From Octopus sinensis (lineage: Eukaryota), in NCBI RefSeq assembly GCF_006345805.1, contig NC_043006.1, forward strand, positions 40,362,001 through 40,426,000: 64,000 nt of DNA, given 5' to 3'. The notes below the pieces were generated by a model. The model had not been told where the DNA came from. It was given only the letters and a program-made list of their open reading frames with translations, and ran no database searches. A program made the position numbers and the translations under genes. Within the stretch, counting starts at the first letter, position 1, and each line of letters opens with the position of its first letter. Shown piece by piece: positions 40,346 to 52,264 of the stretch.

Positions 40346-40928
40346 GCCTTATATACCTTGAAATATTAAAGTAGAAAGGTATAAGATACACAATTTTGAG
40401 AAAGGAAAAGCCAATGCCTGGTTCTTAGAAATTTTTTTAGTGGAGTTTAATTTCTTATAAGCATTTGAAACAAATACCAATAGGTGCAGGTACACACACA
40501 CACACACAAAGCTAGGACTCTTTCTGTTTCCATTTATCAAATTTGCTTACAAGTAAGTATTGGGTTCGTCCTGGGCTATAGTAAAAGACACTTGCCCAAG
40601 ATGATATGCCATGCAGGGGACTGAATCCTAAACCAAGTGTATGGAAATCAAACTTCTTAATCCCAGCCACGCCTGCATACACACATTCATGTTTACTAAC
40701 ATATTGCCTCATGGAATCTGTGAATATCTTTCAACATACGTACGTACGTGTGTGTGTGTGTGTGTACATGGTTGTGTATTTGTAGATGGTGCATACGGAT
40801 GTTAGCTTTATTAATCATCAACAAAACTGAGCAGCAACCTCTTTCTTGGAGCATAAGACATCAGTTAGTGATAACATAGATAAAGCAATCGCTAGCAGGC
40901 AAAAAAAACACACACACACACACACACA

Positions 40929-40962
<34 letters not shown>

Positions 40963-42519
40963 GCCTCCTCCTGCTCTTATCCACAAACCAAGCACTTAGA
41001 ATTGCTTCATAGATATAGCTAAAGGAGGAATCATTCAGCTTGGAATATAAACTGAGTAAACACCAGCTTGTAATACCCCCCCTCTCTCTCTATCTTCCTC
41101 TCAATATAATTCTCACCAACTGTCACTTCTGCAGCCTTACTTTTTTACTTCTTTCCTTCCCATCCATGCCTCTCCCATCCCAACACTTCTTCCTTTTACC
41201 ATCAAGATATAAATGTCTCAACTACACCACACAACACACTCCCTCCGCTCTATTCTCTTCACTCAATCCTACCGCCCCCCTCCCTCCACCTCATCTAAGC
41301 ATCCCATCTTCCCTAACTCCAAGTTAAACATGACAAGACATTTCCTCTTTTGATGCTTCAAATTCTTGTTTTGTTTGTTTTTGTTTTGTAGAGTTATTTT
41401 TTGTAATTGATTCAGTAGTTGGACTGTAGTTGGATACACACACATCTTTGACTAGTTTTGGTCATAAGACTGTGGCCATGCTGGAGCACCACATTGAAAA
41501 GTATTTTAGTCAAATGAATTGACCCCCAGTACTTTTTTTTTTGTTTTAATTTTCAGCTAGGTACTTATTCTGTCAGTCTCTTTTGCTAAACTGCTAAGTT
41601 ATGAGTATGTAAACAAACCAACACACACACACACACACAGCTGGCAAAAATGAGTGGTACCTGTATTTCAAAGGGCCAGCTTTGTTACACTCTGTGTCAT
41701 GCACATTAATTTCATGAGCAAACTGCTCCATTGTTCCATGTATATATAACAGAGTGGCTGAGTTTCTTTCAAGTGTTGGGCCTCATAGAGGCAATGACCG
41801 AGACCTTTGACATTATGTTGTGCTTGAGAAGAAGAGCCATCTAGCTGAGCAAAATCGCAATCATGGTAGATACCGGTGTCAAGCAAATTGGCACCCATTA
41901 CACTCTCCGAGTGGCTGGCGTTAGGAAGGGCATCCAGCCATAGAAAACCATGCCAAACCAGACTGGAGTCTGGTGCAGCGTTCCAACCCAGTCAAACCAT
42001 CCAACCCATGCCAGCATGGTAAACAGACGTTAAATGACAATGATGATGATGATGATGATGGTGATATACAATAAACTTCTTCCATGCAGTGGGACTGAAC
42101 CTGGAACCATGTGGTTAGGAAGCAAATTTTTTACCACTCAGGCACACCTGTGCCTATATATATTCTTATATAAATAAGGATAAGACCGTTATTTAAATAA
42201 CGATCAAATCAAGTGGCAGCATGGGAAGAAAAAAACCGTGCGGGTTATAATTATTATTGAAATTATGAATAAAAGTATCAAAGAGATACCACCATGCTTG
42301 AAATAGCAGTCAAAACCTGACTCAAAGTAGTTTTTTTTTTTTTTTTTTGTCTTTTGATGTCTATTTGTCTTTTCACTTTGTACTGCACTGAATACATGAT
42401 GTGGTTTTAGAGTCAGGTCTTGACTGCTATTTCAAGCATGGTGGTATCTCTTAGATACCCTTATTTATAATTTTAATATATATATACACCCCTCATTCAT
42501 TGAACAATGAACTTTGCTT

Positions 42520-43030
42520 GCGAAGACCTATTAAGGCAAGTGAAAACAAATCAAAATCGCTGACATGGCTGATGACAGAACCACCTGATCGACACTTGCG
42601 CCAGTGGAACATTCAAAGCACATCAGAGTGTGATCATTGCCAGGAACACGGATTGGCTCCCACGCCGGTGGCAGGTGAAAAGAACCATTTGAGCATGATT
42701 GTTGCCAGCGTCGCCTTAGTGGCACATAAAAAACAACATTCGAGCATGGCTGTTGCCAGTGCTGCTGGACTGGCTCTTGTGCAGGTAGCACATAAAAAAC
42801 ACATTTTTAGCATGGTCATTGCCAGAACCGCCTGACTAGCCCTTGTGCTGGTGGCATGTAAAAGCACCCACTACAATCTCAGAGTGGTTGGCGTTAGGAA
42901 GGGCATCCAGCTGTAGAAACTTTGCCAGATCAGATTGAGTCTGGTGTAGCCTCTGGCTCACCAGTCCTCAGTCAAAACCGTCCAACCCATGCCAGCATGG
43001 AAAGCGGACATTTAACAATGATGATGATAT
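42520..43030 (+). mobile_element. SINE family C, full-length diverged copy
   Basis: gaagacctattaaggcaagtg... internal ~50-bp repeats ...gcatggaaagcggacatttaacaatgatgatg. Confidence 0.7.
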
Positions 43031-43784
43031 ATATATATATATATACAATGAAGAAATAAGTGATAAAGGTATCCATTTTATACAGCTCAACCGATTAGCA
43101 CTCTGATAGAGCTCCAAAATATAAAATTAAGGAGAGGAGAAAACAAATTCAAAGGCCAATATATATAGTCATTCAATCCATATTCTCCATGGTATACAAG
43201 GTACATACATAGATGCATTTATCTATATGATATATAAAAAATTTCTAGGAATTTATAAATCCATACATATACACGAAAATTTGTTGTTTGTTAAGAGGTT
43301 GTATTGTAATGTTATGTGTGCTTTGCCCTGTTAGGGATGGCAGATATTTTGATGAGACATTGCTACAGCTTTCAGACCCATCTCTGGGTCTATGTTAGAT
43401 GAGTCGAATGGAAATAGAAGAGGATGATGAACAATGAAACAGGAAAGGAGGGGAATGTTACGGAAAAAGAGGAAAAGGAAAGGATAAATGCAGAAGAGGA
43501 ATGTAGAAGAGAAAAGGAAGATGAAAGGGAAAGCGAGAATGAATGCAGATTAAAATTTTTACAGTGGAGAAATTTTTTTTAAGTCTTAAATATAACTCAA
43601 AATAATTGTGACTTAATTATTATTGTATTTCTGATACGTAAGTGGATGTCTCCTTGAATGTAGGAAATGGTTGCCATAGTGAAACATTCCAAAAATTTGT
43701 CATTTATTTCCAGTCTTGCAGTATTTTAAAAAATAGTATTTATGACTAAAGATATTAAATAGTCTTTGAATATTTCACAGGAGT

Positions 43785-44345
43785 GGCTGTGTGGTAGGTA
43801 CATAGCTTGTTTACCAACCACATGGTTCCGGGTTCAGTCCTACTGCAAGGCTCTTGGATAAGTGTCTTCCACTATAGCCTTGGGCCGACCAAAGCCCTGT
43901 GGTGAGTGAATTTGGTAGAAGGAAACTGAAAGAAGCCTGTCGTATATATGTGTGTGTGTATATATATATAGGTACTATTTAAGAAGAGTGGTCCCGGTGC
44001 GCGCACTCGCGACTCGCTAGTCGTAACTAGTCGATCCTACGACTACCTAGCAAAGTAAATAAAACACAAAGTAAGGATCGACTAGTCACGACTAGCTAGC
44101 GCGAGTACGTGAGTGCGCGCACCGGGACCACTCTTCGTAAACAGTACCATATATATATATGTGTGTGTGTGTATCTGTCCTCCCAACATCGTTTGACAAC
44201 CGATGCTGGTGTGTTTACGTCCCTGTAACGGAGCGGTTCGGCAAAATACACCGATAGAATAAGTCCTGGGGTCGACTGCCCGACTAAAGGCGGTGCTCCA
44301 GCATGGCTAAAGTCAAATGACTGGAACAAGTAAAAGAGTAAGAGT
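43785..44345 (+). mobile_element. Family A SINE with a MITE inserted in its internal (TA)n
   Basis: Head at 43785-43945 and tail at 44160-44345, interrupted by the 43971-44148 hairpin element. Confidence 0.8.
43971..44148. mobile_element. CpG-rich hairpin MITE with TA flanks
   Basis: ~70-bp imperfect TIRs (GGTACTATTTAAGAAGAGTGGTCCCGGTGCGCGCACTC... / ...GAGTGCGCGCACCGGGACCACTCTTCGTAAACAGTACC) inserted in (TA)n. Confidence 0.8.
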
Positions 44346-44443
44346 ATATACAAACGCACACACATGCGTATATAATATGTATAGATATATACACACATAA
44401 ACACATACATATATACATATACGTAAATGCGCCTCTGTACACA

Positions 44444-44484
<41 letters not shown>

Positions 44485-44589
44485 TCAATGTATCATGTAT
44501 CCGAATATGTACATACGTACACATATGCGTATGTACATATATTTGTATATAATTCTTATTTTATATATATATAATTATTTGGTAATTAA

Positions 44590-45044
44590 CCCATATATAC
44601 TTATATACACATTATATATATACATATACTTATATATACACACACACTATATATATATACTTATATATATACACACACACACTATATATATATATACTTA
44701 TATATATACACACATACTATATATATATATACTTATATATATACACACACACTATATATATATATATACTTATATATATACACACACACTATATATATAT
44801 ATATATACTTATATATATACACACACACTATATATATATATACTTATATATATATACACACACACTATATATATATATACTTATATATATATACACACAC
44901 ACTATATATATATATACTTATATATATACACACACACTATATATATATACTTATATATATAGACACACACACTATATATATATACTTATATATATAGACA
45001 CACACACTATATATATATATACTTATATATATACACACACACAC

Positions 45045-45076
<32 letters not shown>

Positions 45077-45305
45077 CACACACACACTATATATATATAC
45101 TTATATATACACACACATATATACTTATAAAGACACACATATACTTATAAAGACACACATACATATACTTATAAATACTCACACACATATACTTATAAAT
45201 ACTCACACACATATATACTTATAAATACACACACACCCACACATATACTTATAAATACACATAAACATATATAATTATAAATACACACATACATACATAT
45301 ATATA
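44590..45305. repeat. Compound CTTA(TA)n(CA)nCTA(TA)n minisatellite
   Basis: More than 15 copies of an ~30-bp unit, grading into CTTATAAA(G/T)ACACAC variants, directly left of the putative promoter. Confidence 0.9.
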
Positions 45306-45339
45306 CACAGTACAACCAAAGTTTATAAAGTTTACGAAA

Positions 45340-45640
45340 AGTTTCCAAAATGTTTTCCTTTACTTACAAACTGTAGAATTCCTCTCACTACTTTCTCGCT
45401 TACGATGTTTTCTTCATATAAGAGTTCGACTAATCCAAGGGAGGATAACTCTCACATTCCCAGGGCGCAGGCGTCGCGCCATTTTAAACGTCAATTCCAA
45501 ATTAATTTCACATTCACCGGTCTTAATTCAATTATATCCTACATGATTATTACCTGGTTTTATTGTTACCTTTCTCGTTAATACATTTCAAGTAATCCGT
45601 TTAAATTTCCTACCAAATCCGTCACCATGTCCAACGTAAG
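45340..45640. promoter_or_regulatory. Putative CpG-rich, possibly bidirectional promoter/first-exon region for RCC1
   Basis: CpG-dense unique sequence (cagggcgcaggcgtcgcgccatttt) with a YY1-type CGCCATTTT motif at 45477-45485. A + strand ATG/donor lies at 45627-45641 and a - strand GTAAGTA donor at 45367-45361. Confidence 0.55.
45627..45635 (+). CDS. RCC1: Candidate RCC1 first coding micro-exon (ATG TCC AAC = M-S-N)
   Basis: CACC-ATG context followed directly by a consensus donor AAC|GTAAGT at 45636, inside a CpG-rich promoter-like region. Phase 0 joins in frame to the exon at 49565 (GTG ATG AAA...). Inference; no transcript evidence. Confidence 0.5.
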
Positions 45641-45929
45641 TGATTGTTTTCTCTTAATAATACACAAACCACGTGCTTGTGTATTAATAATTTTAAACTT
45701 ACCGGTTACACTCTATTCTTTCACTTGTTGTAATTGCAATCATGTAAACGCTTATTTATGTAGAAATACGCAACTTATACTCACACGTATATGTATTTTT
45801 CTCTTAAAGTCTTATTTATGGCGATCTCTCGATTTATATTGGTTATCTGTTTTATTCATATTTCGTACTTTTTGGCATTAGCAATAAGTATGCAAGTGTG
45901 TGCATGTATGTGTAATATATATATATATA

Positions 45930-46033
45930 TAATAAAAAGGCCTATCTTTCTTGTGCTGATTCGGCCTGGGTATTATATATATATATATAATACCCAGGCC
46001 GAATCAACACGAGAAAGCTAGGCCTTTTTATTA
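45930..46033. repeat. Small inverted repeat (~45-bp arms, (TA)n centre)
   Basis: TAATAAAAAGGCCTATCTTTCTTGTGCTGATTCGGCCTGGGTATTA / TAATACCCAGGCCGAATCAACACGAGAAAGCTAGGCCTTTTTATTA. Confidence 0.85.
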
Positions 46034-46791
46034 CGGGTATATCTATTTTCATTCACAAGACTCTATATCAGTGGTTCTCAATAATTTTTTACCTTATGGA
46101 CCCCTTTGATTCCTATTACATTATATATATATATATATATACACACATATGTATGTATGTGTACATATACACACACATACATACATATATATAATTTTAC
46201 CGTATAAACTCATTCACGGATATAGACTATAAACGACTCGACTGTAAACTGGATATAGTTTGTTGTACCAAATAAATATCTGAAAATCCATAAATGTCCA
46301 TCGAGTTTTTTTAATAGTAACAAAAGAATGGAATGAGCATGTATATATAAACATTAGGAGTATATACCGAGTATAGTAAATTCAAGTAATTTGATTTCAT
46401 CTAAATTAACTGAGGTTAGCCGGGTTTGATAACCGATAAGAACGAGCTCGTACCTGCTACGGTTATATATCCCTCTTGACTAATTTTGGAAATTTACTTC
46501 GGTGTTTTTAAAAAAAGCGCCCTTATATATATATTGATTTTGCCTATACAGTTTAAGTTCGTGACCATTAACATTAATATATCTCATACTCTCTCTTTTA
46601 CTTGTTTCAGTCATTTTAACTGCGGCCAAGCATGGAGCACCGCCTTTAGTCGAGCAAATCGACCCCAGGACTTATCCTTTGTAAGCCTTGTACGTCTCTT
46701 TTGCCGACCGCTAAGTTACGGGGACGTAAACACACCACCATCGGTTGTCAAGCGATGTTGGGGTGACAAACATACACACGCACACACACAC

Positions 46792-46825
<34 letters not shown>

Positions 46826-47973
46826 CACGACAGGCTTTGGTCGGCTCGAGACTATAGTGGAAGACACTAAACCGATCTGGAATATTGTTCGCAAATGTAA
46901 TTCCCGCCACATTTAAGATGTCCACCACTACGCAAGTACCGTGTTTAGTCGTTGCACTATTTATACTTGATTTTAATTGAAAAAACAAGGGTGCAGCTGA
47001 TTCATGAGGCAAAGCTGAAACTATGAAGGGGAGATCAATAAAAGGATCCTCACCCGTTTACGAAAACAAAACAAAAAAAGGGTGAAAACCGTGAAAAGTC
47101 AATATATATCCATTTTCCTGAAAGTTATAACAACCGATGCTGATGTGTTTACGTCCCCGTAACTTAGCGGTTCGGCAAAGAGAGACCGATAGAATAAGTA
47201 CTAGGCTTACAAAGAATAAATCCTGGGGTCGATTTGTTCGACTAAAAGGCGGTGCTCCAGCATGGCCATGGTCAAATGACTGAAGCAAGTAAAAGAGAGT
47301 ATTCATTTTCTACACAGTTGTTAATACCCAGCAGCCTGGGTTATTTTTTTTTTTGTTTTTTTTTTTATTGCGTTAATGTGTGAGGGTCTTTATATTGACC
47401 GAAGAGTATAGGTTTTGTATCAAGGTTTGACACTAAATTATGCGCCAGTAAATACGAACTCAAAGAGATCGAGATCCTGGCCTTTCTGAAAAGTTTGAGC
47501 AACGTTTGCAAAGTTTGTCTAATCGGAAAACGAAACCTCGAAGTGTCTTTTTCAATGTTCAGAAAATCTCGTTAGAATGATGAAAACATTGAACATGCCA
47601 CGCGTAAAAAAAAAGCAAGGAGTGAGAAGTGACAAGAATGACATCCGGATTCAAAGCGAAACAGATTTATTCTCTAATATCTCACCATATTCCTCCAGCT
47701 CTTGTAATGAAAACATGGAAAAATTAACACTGTTCTGACAGAATTATTAGAGTGTCAGACAAAAATAGCTTTGCGGTATTTGTTCCGGCTTTTCACATTC
47801 TTATTTACAGACCCGCCGAGGTCAACTTTGCCTCCGTTTGAAGGTCGATAAAGCTTTGATCATTCTGTCAAGTACTGGGGCTTGGTATTGACTTACTTCT
47901 TCTTTCTAATTTCTGCCGTTGTGTATCAATAAGACATACAATAATCTTACGTAGGTATCATTGTTATTATTAT

Positions 47974-48180
47974 GGCAGAATCGTTAGCACGCCGGGCGAA
48001 ATGCTTAGCGGTAATTCGCCAGTAGCTACGTTCTGAGTTCAAATTTCGCCGAGGTCGACTTTGCCTTGTCATCCTTCCGGGGGTCAGTAAATTAAGTACC
48101 AGAGGTCGATGTAATCGACTAGTCCCCTTTCACTCAAATTTCAGGTCTTTTGCCTACAGTAGAAAGGATTATTATTATTA
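47974..48180 (+). mobile_element. tRNA-related SINE (family B), well conserved copy
   Basis: ggcagaatcgttagcacgccgggcgaaatgcttagcgg...gagttcaaatt...gaggtcgactttgcc...taagtaccag, with an (ATT)n tail. Similar copies occur at about 10220, 18850-19420, 23680, 24445, 34860, 39420-40340 and 63770. Confidence 0.75.
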
Positions 48181-49564
48181 CATTTTAATGTATCCAGGGA
48201 AAATGAGATTGTGTAGCTTTCATGCCTTCAGCCAATTTATTAAATGCATGAACGTGTGCGACTTAAAGTGGGGGTACCTATGTAAGGGGAGTAATTCATG
48301 TATTACTGCGTGTAAAGTGGTTCTTATTCATTAAGCAGCTGGTAAAAGTGAAAGGATTTCTTTCCTTCGGTTTCGACGAGTATTCCAGTTGCTCAACCGA
48401 AACGCCTATTCATTACATTCTAATGTGCGTGTCTCGCTGATACATACATCGTTTAAGATGTTTTCGGGTAACAGTTTGTGACAAAATTGGCCTTTTTGAA
48501 TATCTCTAAAACGAGGGATCACCAACTTAAAGCTTAGATCCGAGGGTATAGCAAAAAATTAAATAAAAACCCTAAGATGCTAGTTAGAATCGAACCTAGA
48601 ATTTTATGATTTTAAAAAATTGTAAAGCGAACTTCTTAACCATTTATCCATACCTGCATTGCTAAGATAGTTGAATTTGTTAAACTTTTCAAGCCTTTTT
48701 GAAACTATTAAATGTTGATTTATCAAAATGGGCTTCTGGCATGCTAGAAATAGTAGTTAATTGCCACTCATGGTATGTTGTATTAAAAGAGGAAAGGGCA
48801 CGTTGGATAAAGTTTTAAACCCACACTGTTCGAAAACCGAAGGGATTGTCATAACCAGAACGCATATGATCGTAGGGGACCGATCAGAGTTAACCAGTGG
48901 TTAAACAATGATTATAGTTTATTCAGAAACTTTAAGAGAGACAACAATGTGTATGTATATATATATATATATACACACACACACATACATATACAGTGGG
49001 CTTCTCTCAGTTTCCGTCTACCAAACCCACTCACAAGGCTTTGGTCGGGTCGAGGCTATAGTAAAAGACATTTGCCCAAGGTGCCACGCAGTGGGACTGA
49101 ACCCGGAACCATGTGGCTGGCAAGCAAACTACTTACCACACAGCCACGTCTGCGCCTATATATATGTATTATCATTCTTTGTTTCAGTCATTTGATTGCA
49201 GCCATGCTGGGGCAACAGCCTGAAGAATTTTTAGCTAAATAAATTGACCACAGTCTTTTTTTTTATCCTGGTACTTAGTCCATCAGTATCCTTTGCTAAA
49301 CTGCTAAGTTATGGGGACATAAACATGCCTACACCAACTGATGAGCAGTTGTGATGGACAAACACAGACACATGTATACAAGTACACATGGCAGGCTTCT
49401 TTCAGTTTCCTTCTAGCAAACCCACTCACAAGGCTTTGGTCAGCCTGCATCTCTAGTAGAGGACACTTGCCCAAGATTCCACACAGTGGGACTGAACCCA
49501 GAGCTATGTGATAGGGAAATAAGATTCTGAAACCATTTTCTGATTTGAGTTTGATGTTTTTCAG

Positions 49565-49634
49565 GTGATGAAATCAAGAAGCAAACGGAAGTCTAAGAAA
49601 GAAATAACACCACCAACTACAAAACGATCCAAAG
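49565..49634 (+). CDS. RCC1: RCC1 exon encoding the basic N-terminal tail/NLS (VMKSRSKRKSKKEITPPTTKRSK)
   Basis: Acceptor ttttcag| and donor AAAG|gtaaac. Lys/Arg-rich like the RCC1 N-terminal tail. Phase 1 joins to the next exon giving KV-YHRSH, matching human KVSHRSH. ATG at 49568 is an alternative start. Confidence 0.85.
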
Positions 49635-50172
49635 GTAAACTTTTATATTGCTCTCGTTGCCAGTCTAACGCCAGTTTACTAATACTTTCAGCAGTTGTTT
49701 TGTTTTGCCCACAGAAACTGTTATACTGTAGTTCTCCCCCTCTCTGTTAGGAGACACAACCATTTACACATGTACACGCATGATGGGGACATCTGCCTAC
49801 CAAATTCAATCACAAGGCTTCAGTCAACTCAAGGCTATAACAGAAGGAACTTGCCCAAGGTGCCATGCAGTAGGACTGAACCTGGAAATGTGGTTGAGAA
49901 GTAAGCGTCCTAGCCACACAGCCATGCTTATGTGATCTAATGCATTCCACCCTTATTACACCGCCATTTTTTAGGGGTATCTCAGTCTGTCTCTGTCGTT
50001 TACTTTTGCTTGTTTCAGTCATTGGACGTTGGCCATGCTGGAACACTGCCTTGGAGTGTTCAGTCAAATAAATAAACTCCCTGGTACTTATAAGGTTATT
50101 CTATGAATCTGCCTTCATGTCCAGTGCAAGACCAAAATATTTGACACGCCTGCACTATAGTCCTTATCCATC

Positions 50173-50400
50173 TCAGACATCACCTGGACAAAGGTAGCTG
50201 TCAGTGATGCTACTTGTATTGTGAGGATGTTGATTAGTCTCCCTTTCAACAGTGCTCCAAATGTAGCTGTCCGTGGGATTTAGATCTAGCAAGTTTGGTG
50301 GCCTCAAGTTAGATGCTACATGGTTGTAAAGATTGTCTGATGTCCATTCTTGAGTTACTATCATATAAACAACGTTGTTTTGTTTCCAGTTTTCCGTGAA
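50173..50400 (-). mobile_element. Degenerate DD37D-like mariner transposase fragment in an RCC1 intron
   Basis: Minus-strand translation TQEWTSDNLYNHVASNLRPPNLLDLNPTDSYIWSTVERETNQHPHNT resembles the same family as 12128-12580. Confidence 0.7.
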
Positions 50401-50459
50401 CACATGTCTGACCATAAGGAAATATTGCCTTAGTTGGAGAAAGTGGACATTAAATATTG

Positions 50460-50884
50460 ACATTATTTACATTTGACGGATATTTGTCCTCATCTTGTTT
50501 GTTAACACGTTTCAGCTGATATACCCTCCAGCCTTCATCAGGTTTCTTGGGGAAATTTCAAACCTGGGTTCTCGTTCCTACGGTATTTTTCAATGTTATT
50601 ATTATTATTATTATTCAGGTCACTGCCTGGAATCGAACTTGGAATCTTGGTGTTAGTAGCATATGGCATAGTGGTTAAGAGCAGAGGCTACTAACTCCAA
50701 GATTCCGAGTTCGATTCCAGGCAGTGATCTGAATAATAATAATAATATCGAAAAATACCTTAGGAATGAGAACCCAGGTTCAAAATTTCCCCAAGACACC
50801 TGATGAAGGCTGGAGGATATATCAGCCGAAACATGTCAACAACAAACAAGATGAGGACAACTATTCATCAAATGTGAATAATGT
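50460..50884. mobile_element. Palindromic composite element (Penelope-like arm + tRNA-like head, head-to-head)
   Basis: The left arm is the reverse complement of the right arm over ~200 bp. The centre has a tRNA-like GGCATAGTGGTTAAGAGC...GAGTTCGATTCCAGGC; the arm carries CTGATGA-stem-GAAAC. Confidence 0.7.
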
Positions 50885-51224
50885 ACATAATTCCTTATCT
50901 CTTAAATATAGAACTCTTTTAAGTATTGATATATACCTATCAGTTAACATCTGTTTTGCCATGCTGGTATGGGTTGGACAGTTTGACAGGAGCTAGCAAG
51001 CCAGAGAATTACCCCAAGTTCCAATTCTGTTTTGGCTTAGCTTCTACAGTTGGATGCCCTTCCTAATGCCAACCACTTTACAAAGTGGACTCAGTGTTTC
51101 ATACATGACACCAGCACAGGTGCTTTTTAATGAAAATAATTTTCCTCACCTTAAAAATTTTTTCCTAACATTTCAATTAAATTTCGCAATGTACCACTTT
51201 TTGATTGTTTCATTTCTTTTGCAG

Positions 51225-51412
51225 TTTATCACAGAAGTCACAATTCTGAGGAAGGTTTAGTTCTTGTGGTCGGAAGTGGTGATGTCGGTCAGTTAGGTCT
51301 TGGGCCTGACATAATGGAGAAGAGCCGGCCAGCATTGGTTGAGCTTCCAGAGGCTGTGATCCAGGTGTGTGCTGGAGGTATGCACACTATATGCCTTACT
51401 GTATCGGGAAAG
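51225..51412 (+). CDS. RCC1: RCC1 exon ([62 protein letters not shown])
   Basis: ttttgcag| acceptor and AAG|gtgatg donor. Near co-linear with human RCC1 GDVGQLGLG...AGGMHTVCL. Confidence 0.97.
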
Positions 51413-51582
51413 GTGATGATTGTTTCTTATCAGATCTTTGACTTGAAAGAATTGCACACAAATAGTTTATGCAAAGCACTGGCATTGAACAGAGTTTTTC
51501 TTTTGTCGTTTACCTGAAGTCTGGTACTTATTCCATTGATCTCTTTTGCCAAACAACCATGTTAGGAGGACATAAATAAACC

Positions 51583-51883
51583 AGGGCTAATGCAGTTTCA
51601 CACCTCTCCTCAAAAAAATTTTTCCGCATTCCTACGCTTTAGATGTCGGAGAGGCGGGGTGAAATTTGAAAAATGTAAAATTTCGGAGAAGGGGCAGTTG
51701 AGGTGGGCATTTTAAATTTGGAAAAGGTGATTTTTTAAAAAATTCGGGAAAAGTTCAAGATTTTAAATTGGGTGGGGGGTGTCTGCATATTCATAATCTC
51801 CGACATCTAAAATGTAGGAATCTAGAAATATATTTTCAAAAAAATTCATTATTCAAGGAGAGGTGCAAAACTGCATTAGCCCT
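51583..51883. mobile_element. hAT-like MITE in an RCC1 intron, nested in a SINE
   Basis: ~28-bp TIRs AGGGCTAATGCAGTTTCACACCTCTCCT / AGGAGAGGTGCAAAACTGCATTAGCCCT, a subterminal inverted block (TTAGATGTCGGAGA/TCTCCGACATCTAA), and 8-bp flanks AATAAACC/AACAAACC. Confidence 0.75.
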
Positions 51884-52264
51884 AACAAACCAACACCACT
51901 CTTCAAGCAGTGGGGTTGGAGACAAACACTAAGGCACACAAATACTCACATATATATGATAGGCTACATCATCGTCATCATTTGATTGATATATTATGTG
52001 TGTGGCTATGTAAACCTTGCTTCTTTACTTCCCCTTAGCAGCCGTTTGTCATATTTATCCTTCTACTTTTGTTACCGTATTTCTGTTGAGATGCCCTCAA
52101 CAGAGCCAGTTTCAGCTGGGTTGGTATTGAAAGGGTTAAACTTAAGTTATGTTTATGTGAAAGTATGAGTCATGTAATTGGCACCTGTCAGGTACTACAT
52201 AACGTTTATCATTTTTACCATCCCCCTACCACTTCTTGTTAATTTCAAAGTTCCACTGTGAATT

